Notes under the pieces: generated by a model
The model's input: the letters and a program-made list of their open reading frames with translations, nothing else
The model's database searches: none
Told to the model about the DNA's origin: nothing
Part shown: positions 50,801-63,314 of the stretch, piece after piece
Layout: every line of letters starts with the position of its first letter
Position numbering within the stretch: the first letter of the stretch is position 1
Source: Lytechinus pictus
Lineage: Eukaryota
Length of the DNA: 64,000 nucleotides
Assembly: GCF_037042905.1 (NCBI RefSeq)
Contig: NC_087247.1
Location: forward strand, 24,304,001-24,368,000
Direction of reading: 5' to 3'
Translations under genes and position numbers: made by a program

Positions 50801-53479
50801 GCAGTTCCAAAGATTCCCCCTGCAAAGGTACATGTTCCCCAAATCCCAAAGAGACTATTCCTCTGCTGAGTGTTGAAACACTGCCCCAAGATCTTAGTAC
50901 AGCTAGGCCAGGCCTGCGACTGTAATAAAATGATATTAAACAAAGGACCTCAATGATCAAGTCAACAGGGGGTCAAGTTTTCTGTCAATATTGCAAGTTT
51001 TTTTTTCGGGGGGGGGGGGGGGGTCTGAGACAAGTGTGCAAAGTCTGTGAACAAAGTCAATGGGAGGTAATTCTCTCCTGTAGCCATGTGATTTAAATAG
51101 GTGATTTTTAATAATTATTCATATAACACAATGATGATTCTATTACATCAATGATAGGATTTAACTTATTACAAATATAAATCCCCAATAATAAATAAGT
51201 AACTAAAATTCAGTCACAGCATAGTGTCAGTGTCCTTTATATTTATCTGATAAAATATGGAAGCAGATGCAACCCAACTCTTCCACCTCCCCCGAAGTTT
51301 AGAATAATCTTTAACCTTTTGTGTATAACTCAGATGCATTAACTATGACACTGGATAAAAATATTATAAATTGGATAAGAATAATTATGATTTCTCATTA
51401 CAGAGATTTCATTATTAACATATTTAGGGTTATGCCCAAGACAAGTCAAGCTAGGGTGTAATGTGCATTATACTGAAATAAAATTGTGTTCAGTTCGAAG
51501 AAATACCAGATTTTTTTTATCAACTTACCTGAGCTGCACCATTGATGAAGAGATGAAGACAAAGAATGTAAAAGTTTGGCCAAAAGCCAAAGCTGACCTG
51601 TCAAAAAATTAAAAGAAAAAAAAAGTATGATAAAACAAAAATCTTCAGTCTTTTTCACATTTCAATCTGATAAAATATATCTTCGTAATATAAACCATGT
51701 GTTATACTTTGCAGTGTACTGTCCTCTGAATAATGCAAGAAAGTTACAATTTTGGGGGGTATAAAAATGTATAAAAATGTTTTTATGAAGAAAAAGTAAC
51801 GTTATGTAGATCATGGGACTATTCTCTTTCCATAGTAATTAAAGAAATGTATCAGTGGCTTTGTAGAACAGATATGATATTCCAAAAAGAATTGTTAAAT
51901 CACCTATTCTTTACTATGACAATTTTTGATCACCAAAAACCAGATTTATGTGAGAATTAGACAATGAAATAATACAAAATCAACCAAAATTCTTACCATG
52001 GAAAATGCTGATAATATGAGACAGAAGCCCAAAGTTTTCCTGGCACCAGCTCTGTCTCCAAGAGATCCCAAAACAATCTATGAAATATAAACATCACTAG
52101 ATGTAATACAATCCAATTCCAAATAATGTCACTTTGGTTTGAAAATTATCAAACTGATTAATTTAAAAGTTGCAGAATCAATGCAAGAGTGTTCCCATTT
52201 GACCATGTTAATGGGGTAGCACTGTTACTCAGACTATTTGGAGATAATGGTACCAATAATTGGAATGTCTACCTCCCTTTCAAATAATATATTTCAACTA
52301 AATAAATGACAAATGTAAAATGAATGAAATAATAGTAGGTGAATAGATAGATAGATAGAAAGATAGATATACCGGTACACATAGATAGATAGTTAGATAG
52401 ATAGTATATACACATAGATCAATAGATAGTTAGTTAGTTAGATAGATAGATAGATTTACACAGATAGATAGATGATATATATATAGATAGATAGATATAC
52501 ACATAGATAGATAGATATACACATAGATAGATAGATATATAGATTTACACATAGACAGACAGATAGATGGATGGATGGATGGATGGATAGATAGACAAAT
52601 TATGCATGAATGAATGAATACATACACACATAAACAAAGAAACAAATTTAATTAACATAAATAAATATATTATAGAATATGGAACACATAATAGAGTTTT
52701 GCTGACTTCACTGACAAACCTAAGTTTTGTTTCAATAACTAAATACTTTTTGAAAGGCAATAACCTAAAATCAATACCTGAACTGTGGCATATGGAAGAA
52801 GCAGTGCAGCATCTAACCATCCAAGTTGAGCCTTGCTCATAGACAGTTCAGTGGCAAGATCTGCTTTCACCTTCAAGTATACAGAGTAATATGGACTTAA
52901 CGAAAAATAGATATTGACATTCAACATCTGCATTATTTGAATGCCCAATCAATCAAAAAGTATATACAAACTAATTATTGCACCATAGAATACATAATCT
53001 GAAAATATAAAACTTAGATGTTAAAAATAAAGCAGATCATCTGTTACAAGGTAATAAACTGTTATGTCAAACAGGAATTGGGGTAGAATAATGCATAATT
53101 TATGCACTTCTGATATCACTGGTAAATGATATAGAAATAATGGATTTATCATTCAGTATTCATGTTGATTAGTAATAATACTACCACAAAGCATAATATA
53201 ATTCCATACATCTGGAGAAACATAAAAACTGTGCATTTGAACACAATTCCTTTAAAAAAAATGCAAATCTTACATGGACACTTTTGACTGAAGGTAAAAT
53301 TCTATTTCATTTTTCTGTTATCATTTTAGTTTGCACTCAAGCACAATGCACAATTTGTGCAACATCTATCTCAACAAACAACATCTATAACTTACGACTC
53401 CAAGAGGTTTCCGTAGAAGATAAGTTGAAGCATAGGCAACCCAAGTTATGATAAATGTCTCTGCCTGGTGTCGAATCAT
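44882..53479 (-). CDS. SLC37/GlpT-like MFS sugar-phosphate (organophosphate:Pi antiporter family) transporter, about 411 aa
   Basis: 12 GT-AG coding exons in frame: 53479-53396, 52870-52778, 52077-51997, 51597-51529, 50919-50794, 50043-49984, 48628-48553, 47708-47639, 47310-47220, 46671-46577, 45992-45757, 45036-44882 (1236 nt). Motifs YASTYLLRKPLGVVK, GSLGDRAGARK, NGAAQSQAWP, KIVRYCMFMWLPLYL, FEIGGVIGS and VAGFVNGIGTTG. Probable non-coding exon 1 donor at 54007. Confidence 0.9.
48747..49734 (-). mobile_element. Helentron-associated non-autonomous element (DINE-1/pearl/Tsp-like) with internal tandem repeats of about 162 bp
   Basis: Subterminal inverted repeats GTCTCACCTGCAT (48769-48781) and ATGCAGGTGAGAC (49717-49729); extra local IR GTCTCAC; (GCC)n microsatellite at 49634-49686; about 5 tandem units starting near 48830, 48992, 49154, 49317 and 49509; ends lie in A/T runs without a TSD. 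Confidence 0.75.
52343..52620 (+). repeat. (GATA)n/(GGAT)n compound microsatellite
   Basis: Direct reading. Confidence 0.9.
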
Positions 53480-55548
53480 GATGGAATGATTAGATGCATT
53501 ACCATAGACAGGGCTGCGGGAGTAGGAGAATACAGAATAAGAGTATGAACTCAAGACAGTTGAAGAGGTAAAGACTAATAGTAATACTTAGTCGATCTGA
53601 TTTGTTTGATTTTAAAACTCTATCAACATGATGATGATCAACAGTCAAGTTAACTTTATTTATAGCAGCAATTAATGCAGCATCAATTAGAGCAATCAGT
53701 TAAAACAAAACTATAACCACAAACCAGTCAAGAGATATAAGAGGCAGCCTTTTCTGTCAAACTTTGATTAATACCACTCATCAATCACCATGCAGTTTTC
53801 TCAAAGTCGACAATACATTTCCTTCTAACGTTACGGTACTAATTACAGCAAAAACACATTAATGGGACTGTACATAATTGGAGTTAAAAACAATTTGATA
53901 TTAAATTCTAAATAACAGGTAAACTATTAAAATAGGAATTGATAAAATCTCTTGCATTATCTCTCACATGCAATCACACTTCCAAACTATTTTAAAATGA
54001 CATTTACCTTGCAATTTTGTATAATATTGTGTTTGTTCACAACATATAAATCATTTGCCGACGATACCCGACGAGATCGAGACTGCTAACATTGTTATAA
54101 TTTTTTGGTCTCCGCCTCGCTCTACCGATCCGAATCGGATAGTTGACCGGATATTATAGAACGACAAATCGGCTGTAACTTCATCATGAGCTTCGATCGA
54201 AACGGGGACGCAAGGAGGGGGCAAGGGGAAAATAAGAAAGTTGAAGAGTGAGAGTAGGAGTATGAGAAAGCGGCGAAGTGGTCTTGCACCCCTTCCCCCA
54301 AAAAAAATATAGACAAAAAATCTTCCCACAGAAATGATTTTGTTAGAGGACTAAAAGTCACATGTTGTCTGAAAAAGTCACTTTTTTATCGCTTGAACAT
54401 GACATATAGGGCTTTTTTTTTTGGGGGGGGGGGGGACAGAGCTAGGGGCCATATTTTTTTCATCCCCGATGGTACTGTAAGTAAGGTTATAGGGGATGAG
54501 AGGCCAAATGCCTATTGCATAGTGTTTGTTAAAATGAACCTCGATCCCTCCCGTTCTCTGTTGGGGCCTCCCTCCGGGGCGCAAAGGGGAACATAAATTA
54601 AAGATTGTTACCTAACAAAATAATAGAATATCATCTTCAGAAACTAAAATATACAGAAAAATAAAGGTTAATTGTTATCTCACTAAAGGGCACATTTCGT
54701 TTAGGAAAGGATTTTTCCCCCAATATAATTGTATTTATTTAGGGGTGGGGCAAATTAATTCCCCCGCCGTCTTAATTTTTGCAGAAACAAATGGGCTAAT
54801 TGCAATTTCCATACTTTATGACAGACTGAAAATTTTGAACAAACTAGAAAAGAATAGGGGCTTAATCAAATGTGGAACTTGATCAGAACAGAAACAAAAA
54901 CCGTTAGGCATAGGCGGATCCAGGGGGCGAGCCCCCCCCCCCCCCCCGCCCCTATTGGCGGAGAAAAAAGGAAAAAGAAAATGGGGAAAGACAGGATGAA
55001 ATAAAAAGAGGAATGAGGGCAAGACTTGGAAAATAACAAATTTTTCACATCACTATACAAAATATTTGCTCGCGCTTCGCGCTCGCACTGTTTGATGATA
55101 TACATATTTGCTCAATAGGTTGTTATGGAGCTTAAATTATCAAGTTTTGAAATCAATTTCAGCTCCGCCATCATCAATCTTTCATTATTTTGTTTGATTT
55201 ACAAATTGATTTTTTTTAAGTGCTTTGTCAAATTTCCGTGTTATCGCCGGTCGTGCGATCGCCGCTTATTTTATTGTCTTCTTGTATTCCATAAAGCTGT
55301 CAAACTATTCTTTTTCATGCAGGTCTGATTGTCAAAGCGTATCAGCTATAACGCTGTACGCTCGCACTTATGTATAACACTATATTAATTCTATAACAAA
55401 CTACTTAAAATCCCCTTTTCATGACAGTTTATCAAAAATATAAGCTCGCGATTTGCGCTCGCATTAATTGTAAAAAAAATATGTCAACCTATATGCATCC
55501 TATTCATAATAACAAAAGTGCTTAAAATGTCAAGTTTTCAGGCCTTAA

Positions 55549-56138
55549 AGGACAAGTCCACCCCCAAAAAGTTGATATGAATAAAAAAAGAAAGATCCAA
55601 CAAACATAACACTCAAAATTTCATCAAAATCGGATGTAAAATAAAAATGTTATGACATTTTAAAGTTTTGCTTAAAATTTCACAAAACAGTTATATGCAC
55701 ATCCTGGAGGATATGCAAATGAGGAGACTGATGACGTCATCCACTCACTATTTCTTTTGTATTACTAGTATATGAAATAGGTAATATTCTACATTTCTCC
55801 TCATTGTCAAGTGAAACAACGATTAATTCCTCCCTGAACATGTGGAATGAGTATTGTTTAATACTATATGATTCAGTTAAGTTGGTCCTTATTGTCAAAT
55901 CTATAAAAAATGAAATATTGTATTATTCAAACAATAAAAAACAAAAGAAATAGTGAGTGAGGGACATCATCGACTGTCTCATTTGAATTGTGCATATCAC
56001 TGTTTTGTGAAAAATAAGGAAAACTTTAAAATGTCATAACTTTCTTACATCCGATTTTGATGAAATCTTCAGCGTTTTGCTAGTTTGATTTTTCTCTATT
56101 TATTCAAATCAACATTTTTTCTGGGGTGGACTTGACCT
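55549..56138. mobile_element. Kolobok-like MITE (second family)
   Basis: TTAA|AGGACAAGTCCACCCC...GGGGTGGACTTGACCT|TCAA; long subterminal inverted repeats (CATCAAAATCGGATGTAA / TTACATCCGATTTTGATG). Confidence 0.75.
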
Positions 56139-56954
56139 TCAATATAAACAAATGTAGCGCTCTCATTAGGCGTATTACTATAGATTAGAAGATAATAACA
56201 TTTACAAGGGCGCTCTATTAGGCCTACACAGGTGAAAGGGGCACTGGAAGGGGCACAAAATAAATGGGGCACTGAACGCGTAAGGGATATCTGGGTATAA
56301 AAAGGGAATTCTTTAAAAAATGGGGGCAAGTTATTGGCCCTTTGCCCCCACCCTATAGTCTGCAGGCACAGACCCTGATTGAAAGTTTGATCTACTCAAG
56401 CTTGTCATTAATATACTTTTGAATCATTTTAAGTGAAATTGAATAGTGCATACTTTTGGCCGAATTTTGTGAAAATTTTCAAAGTTTTAAAAATTTCGGG
56501 GAACTGCCCCTGCCCCCCCCCCCCTCCGCTGGGTACGGCAATGATCGGGGCCTACTAATTAGTTTTTATTTATAACATTTTATAGATGTTTGTTATAGAA
56601 CCATCTACCATTATTATGTTTTCATAGGCTATATCATCCGATTGACACGTAGGCCTACCGTGTATATAGGCCCTACTTAAAAAATGAGTTTATTTAAGAC
56701 CTAGAGATCTATATCCCCGGTCTATATCTAGTGCCTACGAATTCTATGCATTAATGAATTGAAAGCTGATGTGAGATGAATCATATAAAACACTTAATTT
56801 TGTACCATTTTTTTATTAATTAATATCGTGATGTTATTTGTGTTATATTCGTCCAACGCAATTTCGGTCCAGAGCGAGCGCTGTGAAGCGCGTACCGGAT
56901 ACCCTACCGGATATTTCTGCAGCTCTCGTTTTGATGATGATATCAACAAGCAAA

Positions 56955-57014
56955 TGTTTCCGGATGGCGTAGTCGATCCAGCTAACGTGAATATCTTTTA
57001 CAAATTCGCTTGGG
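56955..57014 (+). other. Probable first exon of an unidentified plus-strand gene (possible coding start MFPDGVVDPANVNIFYKFAW)
   Basis: CpG-rich patch at about 56850-56990 followed by a strong donor TGG|GTAAGT at about 57013-57018. Product not recognised; it may be non-coding. Confidence 0.35.
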
Positions 57015-57652
57015 TAAGTTTCATAGTTGCCAGTTGATTGATATAGTATCCATCGTTGATATTATTTGTTGTTTGTTATCACCTTGACACCACTGTAGGG
57101 TCTTCTGTTAGTGCTGAAGCCAGGCCAAAATCCCAAATCATGAAAGTTTGGGAATATTCCATACACAGCTCAGCAAGGCAATTTATGATGCAATCGTGTG
57201 CGATTATTTGTATACACGAGTGAATGAGTGGTATCACGATTCTTTGTGCTATCTAATTCGAATAGCGCATGAGCAAAATCACCGGTTACATGTGTGTGTA
57301 AAATTCTCATCAAAATTTGACTGCTTAGGCCTTAGCCAGTCTTTTTGAAAATAAATTCCTTTTTTACTAGAATAAATAATGTCCAAATTTTCCTGTAGAT
57401 CTAGAGTAAGTTGCCCAGAATTCGACAAAGCTTTTTTGCAATATTTTTTGTTCTAAAAATAAATGTCTTTTCTTTCAAAAAGTGAAATGAAATGGCATCA
57501 TCATTGTTTGTTGAATTGTTTAGTCCTAACATTTTTAATTAGAATGTTTATTTTCTCCTAGAGGTCTATCTCAATATTTAGTAAAATTTTGAAATGTATC
57601 GCCATGTTTTGCGCCTGGGCCCACTCACACTAGTACGACTACGACTTACGAG

Positions 57653-58217
57653 TGTGGTATTTTTTGGTATATTAATATATATCACCTGTGAGGGAAAGAG
57701 GGGGAAAGTGGGATTAGCAGAAGGAAGGTTCACAGCTATACTCACCAGACAAAAGTTGGTGCAAGGCACGTTGAAATTAATGATAAACACAAAAAGCAGG
57801 CTCAAAGAATGATGTTGATGTGATGTATATTTGCTGTAGATACTTGATATTGGTGTGACGTATTCTTGGTGTAGATGTAGTCGAAACTCAAAGGGCGAAC
57901 GGGCGAAGCAAAAGGTAGATAAGTGTAGAAACACAGACGTCCTCGTCTCGCACCGGTCGACTCTCAAGTGATGATCAGATCCCTTGGCTGGCCTGACTAT
58001 GCAGCTATGCTGAGACCTGAGTTGTGCACCCAAGCATGGATGAATGCACAGGGCTTGGGGGTTTGGGTCTATTGTTGTGTGCACACAGCCTCTAGCCCAT
58101 AGTACATGTGTATTCTATGCTCCAACCAAGGAGGTAGTTGCTCCAACCCATCCCACAGTAGTACATGCATGTAGGGAGCAGTCGCGCGTGCCCCAGACTG
58201 TGGTACATTTTACCACA
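57653..58217 (-). mobile_element. 3' LTR (565 bp) of a Ty3/gypsy-like retrotransposon
   Basis: Inverted termini TGTGGTA...TACCACA. A polypurine tract GGGGGGAG abuts the LTR on the minus strand (58218-58225), and a gag-like ORF lies upstream on the same strand. Confidence 0.75.
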
Positions 58218-58894
58218 CTCCCCCCGACTTTAGGACATCGTTACTTCCTCTATTTTTGGACTGTCGCCGTCCGGCCATATGTCATATGTACACATGTGGA
58301 TCTAAGCAGTCCTCAGTGAAAGGAGGGAACGATAAATGTTAATCCACTGCCGCTCTCAGAGGTTTGTAAGAAACTGTCTGGAGTCGCAAGGGTCAGAGGA
58401 TGAACATGCCATTTAGTCGGTATATTTATATGCCCAAATTTATTTTAAATAAAACAACTATCCAACTTCTCAGGTAAAAAGGTCAAGGGGAGACTTATCA
58501 ATGTGACTTTTGGATACAAGTATTTTAATCAAAGAAACGCTGCCACATGATAAACTTGATGCTAATACCGAGACTACAATGGCATTTCTAATCTAAAGTT
58601 TCGCAAAAATATTAATATCAAAATGGACTGCCAGAAGAGCGAAGGTCAAGCCTTACGCCCGCAAGGGATATAAAGAATACATGAATGCATATTTTCTAAA
58701 ATGCTTAGGAAGACTTACTTAATGCTTCCATGCAATTGCGTCAAATACAGATGTTGCTGCCGAAGTATTGCGACAGGTCAGAAACTGACCAAATTAAAAA
58801 AACACAATGTAGTACGAGATTTGAAGTCTAGCACAAGTCATAGCTGTGTCTTGACTCTAGTTCTGTACTAGATTGTCTGCAACTGATTGCACTG

Positions 58895-59070
58895 CTAGAC
58901 TTGACTTCCCTGCAAGTTCTAGACCACGAGTTTCTCTGCAAGTTCTAGACCTGACTTTCCCTGCAAGTTCTAGACCACGAGTTTCTCTGCAGGTTCTAGA
59001 CTCAACTTTCACTGCAAGTTCTAGCCAAACGACTGGATATGCTACAACAATTGTTGCAAGTCTTAATCCC
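58895..59070. repeat. 24/48-bp tandem repeat (CTGCAAGTTCTAGAC core) inside the LTR element
   Basis: CTTCCCTGCAAGTTCTAGACCACGAGTTTCTCTGCAAGTTCTAGAC occurs twice, plus degenerate flanking copies. Confidence 0.8.
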
Positions 59071-61869
59071 ATCATTATTGGAACTCGACTTCCAAGAGGA
59101 AATCCCAGGAGATATCTCATATTCATAAGATGAAAACGTGGTCAATTGTAAAAAAGTTGACCAATGTAAATAAGAAATCTAGGGAGAATGACTTTGTTGG
59201 CATGTTATCACCCCACACAAGTCAAGATCTAGAAATCTTTACTCCTGTAAGGGAAAGACACCCTAACAATTGTTTACAAAAGCCGATGTGTACATTTCAT
59301 TTTAAACCAGAAAAATAATTCTTATGAAAAAGTTTAAGCTTTTTGAGCAGACAGTTAATGGGGTAGCTTATCAATGTGAATTTATGAAAGGATCCTTTGA
59401 TTGTTAAACACTTCACTTGACAAGCTTAACCTCATCCCAGGAATACTGGAATGTCTAAAATTTGTAATGTACATATGAACGCATGCTTGCAGCAGCCAGC
59501 AAAATAGTTGACCCAAAGGTCTGACAAAATTTCTATAAAATTTGTTTTACTCTTAATCCCTTCCATAAAGATAAATTCTTAGACTTGTAAGGATTTGGGC
59601 CTTGATTAATAGTACTGAATAAATACAAATCCCAATTTCTTGGGCTTGTCCTGGGCCAGGATTGGGTCTGGATTCCTTCGATGGATCTCCGCCCTCATTG
59701 CCAAGAGACGAACAATCAGATTCAGGAGAATCTGTTGATATTTGTCATCTATCCAGTAAAAAGAGAACCTCATTGAACTCTATCAATTTGCTTAGTTTTA
59801 ACGATTCTTATATCATCCTTGCAGAAATCCATAAGTTAACAGATTCCCAAGGAGGTTATAACCAGAATAAAGAAAAAGACATTCTGGTTGTGAAGTTTAA
59901 AAATGAATAACCCTGCAAAATGATGAAGTCTGAAGTCATAAAATTCAAGACCTTATACACACTAACCTACATTAAATAATCCCAGGAATATTGCGCCCAA
60001 ATGTAGCATAATATTTTTCACCCGATTTGTAAATTACTCAAACATTTTGGAAGCAATGGATTGGAAACTCATTTGCTCAAGGTATAAGTTCTATTCATTA
60101 ACTAATTCAATAAAAGACCACAAATAAAACCCCCATCTATCAAAAAGAGATTATTGGCAAGTATTTACATTCATGTAATTCCTGTCTCCAATTACAAAAA
60201 ATGTTAAAACAGTGTCAGCTTTTCAAGTTAATGATTTATAGCATAATGATAAAAAATGTGTCCCATCATAAAGTGACTTATAATGTCAATGTCAAAGAAG
60301 AATGTATTCAATGATGTCAATGACATTCTGAGTGATAGTAAAATGTCAGATTTTAGAAAATGAATGTCAATCTTGCAGCTACTTTAACAAAGACATTGTT
60401 AGTTGTCAGCACAAAAATATTCCGAGGTAACTACATGTATTTTGACCATGGACAAGCACATGGGAAATAACAAGTACTCTCAAAATAAATATGTACTGAA
60501 TAAACCAACTGAATTGGAACTCCCTGGTAACACCCCTGATTAACAATTAAGATTAATTCGGATAGACTTGGCTTCCTATGAACTATTGTATCTACTGTAG
60601 CCCTGGCAGATTCTTAAAGAGAAAGAATGCAAATTACATAACTCATTGCCCTGGAAGAGGAATTGCTCCAAAGGTAAACCATTTACAATGCTTTCACCTT
60701 TAGTCTGAAAAGTTGGGGTCACACTTAAACAATTAGATTGCCCTACCTTTCAATAAACAATATCAATTCCAACCTATTATGTATGTTCTGCAATTAAATG
60801 GAATACATACCAGGGTTGAAGACAATAAATTTTGATGTTTCTCAAGTCTGCTCTCAAATATTCAGAGGGTCTGCTTAAGAAACTTTGAACAAAAGAAATA
60901 CATTTGTATTATTTGATGGAAATTGATCAATAGCTTATTTTCGGATGCTTTCTGCAGATCTTCCAATTGATTGAAGAACCTTTTGATCAATGGAAATAAC
61001 TTTCTATAGAAAGCACTGAATGAAATTATCTAAAGCATCTGCTTAATTAAAAGGGGAGTAGTTTTGTATGATAGCTTTGAACACAATTACCTGAGGAATC
61101 TGCTTACAAACATTATCAATGGAAATAACTTTGAATCACTTTGAATTCAAAAGCATTTTGCCCCTTTTGATAATGTATGTTATATGCGCATGTTAAGCTT
61201 GGATGGAAGAAACTTAACTTTAAAAGCATTCCTCAATATAATCATTTACACTTTAAAGGGATAAAGTAACAATGTTCACAGACACGGTTTACTTTAAATT
61301 AATAAAATCACTGAATAATATTTAATGAAATTTTCATTATCCCCTACCCCCTCCTTTTTATTTTTGAGGATTCAGGGGTAATACTCCCAGAAAAATATGC
61401 TTTGAATAATAAAATATCAGAGCAATGGTTGTCACTCACTTGTTTTAGTGCATCATAAAAAGAATGAATGGTCATTCTAGATGCGAAAAATGAAAATAAT
61501 ACACTTCAGGATATTTTCCCCTTGAAATCTTTTTATAAAGTTAAAATCAAATCATGATTAGGGTTAGAGTCATTGAGCAAAAGAAATACTTTTCTCTGCT
61601 TCTCAGCTCTTGATTCCTAATCACAACTGGAAGTCAATCTTCAGGTTTGGATATTTAGAACACCATGCTTTTAAATTTAAATCAATTTTGGTAAAAAATA
61701 TGAATATCAAGCAATGGTGTAAATTCCTTTAATAGTCAAAAATTGATCAATGATTACAAGACAATTTGTCTCTAAGTAATAACTGTAAAAGGAATGTTAC
61801 GAGAATTCTCTCCAGCATTCAAATCCCTAATCGAACTTGGGAAAATCATATTATAGCAACATAAAATGA

Positions 61870-62754
61870 TCAATGCCAAAATACATTTTCTTGAATGTAT
61901 GCGAGCAAAATAAAGCATAGATCTACGCAATACCACGGTGGTACCAAGGTGGTACCGTACAACCTAAATGGATAGCAACGGTGATCTCGCGCAAAACCAA
62001 GATGCACTGGCTGGTCATTCCGCCTGAGATTGAGATGCTGAGTAACTGCAACACCATTGGTGTGGATTGTACGGTTATGCATGTTGGGATTCAATCCCGT
62101 TAACAGATTCAACTCAGTCTTACAAGTATCTACATCAAACAAATTAGACTTGGATTGAAAGACAATTTCTGAACTATCAGAAATGTTAGAATTGACAGTC
62201 ATTTTATTTACGTCAGCTGACAATTCTGTTTTGGCTGGAGTGGCTTCTCTTTCTACCACTTTAGGACTTAGAAATAAAGGATCAGAAATAATATCTTTGC
62301 ACTGCTCCTTTGCAGATTCAGAAATAATAGGAGTATTAACAAATAAGGATGGACCCTCACTAGAAAATAAGGAAACACCTTCATCTAATTTGTTGCTCAA
62401 ATCAAGCTTCACCCTTACGGTTGAAGTCAGTCCCTGGTCAGGTATGGATTGGGAGCCCTCAGTTTCAAGAGATATGGTCAAAGCCACATCTGATTCAACT
62501 TTAGGGTCAAAGCCCTTAGTTTCAAGAGATGTGGTCAAAGCCACATCTGATTCGACTTTCGGGTCAAAACCCTCCCCACTGGATTGGGAGCCCTCAGTTT
62601 CAAGAGATGTGGTCAAAGCCACACCTATTTCAACCGTTGGGTCAAAGCCCTCCCCGTTGCCAGAGATCAGACTACCAGATTTGGGTGGATCTAATTTCTT
62701 TTTGCTTAATATGGAACACTGGCCTTCTGTTATTAAGGTTGAAGGTTTGGGTGG
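61870..62754 (-). CDS. Open frame downstream of gag, Ser/Glu/Thr-rich with VALTTSLETEGSQSSGEGFDPKVESD repeats; function unknown
   Basis: Stop-free from 62754 to 61870 (294 codons) in the -1 frame relative to gag. No protease (D[ST]G), RT or RNase H motif. Confidence 0.4.
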   Translation of the reverse strand, partial: PPKPSTLITEGQCSILSKKKLDPPKSGSLISGNGEGFDPTVEIGVALTTSLETEGSQSSGEGFDPKVESDVALTTSLETKGFDPKVESDVALTISLETEGSQSIPDQGLTSTVRVKLDLSNKLDEGVSLFSSEGPSLFVNTPIISESAKEQCKDIISDPLFLSPKVVEREATPAKTELSADVNKMTVNSNISDSSEIVFQSKSNLFDVDTCKTELNLLTGLNPNMHNRTIHTNGVAVTQHLNLRRNDQPVHLGFARDHRCYPFRLYGTTLVPPWYCVDLCFILLAYIQENVFWH

Positions 62755-63314
62755 TTATTAGATTTGGAAAGTTCAGAAAGCGTACTAATGAGATTGTCTA
62801 ACTTGTTATTAATAGAGGCCATCTCAGTTTTCCATTGAGACTTTCCAACTCCATCAGAGTCCCTTGAATAGCTACATGACTTTGGGGTAGAATCCTGCAA
62901 AATATTAGGGGTAACCTGAACTGGAGATTGTGTTCTTGGGCTGGGAAAATAAGTAAACGGGCTTACAAAAGAACTATGCCATCTTTGATGGGTTTGAACA
63001 TTTTGAGGGAATGTATTAGGTGGATCATGTCCAAACCTATTTCCCAATTCAAAAACTAAATCAAAGAAATCAATTTTGGGGTTGCTTTCAAATATAGCTG
63101 CACAAAATTCAGCTGCTTGCCCCTGCAAACACAAATATAAATTATTGATTCTCTGCCTGGCGGTCCAACCTGCCTTATCGGCATACCGAGAAAATTGTTG
63201 AAGAAAAACTTCCCAACTTCCATTAATGCCATCATAACTTGGTTTGTCTAAAACAGAAACTTTATCTTTAGTACACCAAGTGGAAGAGGTCTGCCATCGA
63301 CTTCTATAAAACAT
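62733..63314 (-). CDS. Retrotransposon Gag capsid-like ORF
   Basis: KPSYDGINGSWEVFLQQFSRYADKAGWT...LYLCLQGQAAEF...FFDLVFELGNRFG matches the FDG..W..Y..QF...A..NGW...L...L.G.A pattern of Ty3/gypsy Gag capsid domains. Confidence 0.75.
   Translation of the reverse strand: MFYRSRWQTSSTWCTKDKVSVLDKPSYDGINGSWEVFLQQFSRYADKAGWTARQRINNLYLCLQGQAAEFCAAIFESNPKIDFFDLVFELGNRFGHDPPNTFPQNVQTHQRWHSSFVSPFTYFPSPRTQSPVQVTPNILQDSTPKSCSYSRDSDGVGKSQWKTEMASINNKLDNLISTLSELSKSNNHPNLQP

Noticed and set aside
57578-58319. ORFs of 72-168 aa overlapping the LTR
   Set aside because: No recognisable domain; they lie within or across the LTR boundaries and are probably incidental.
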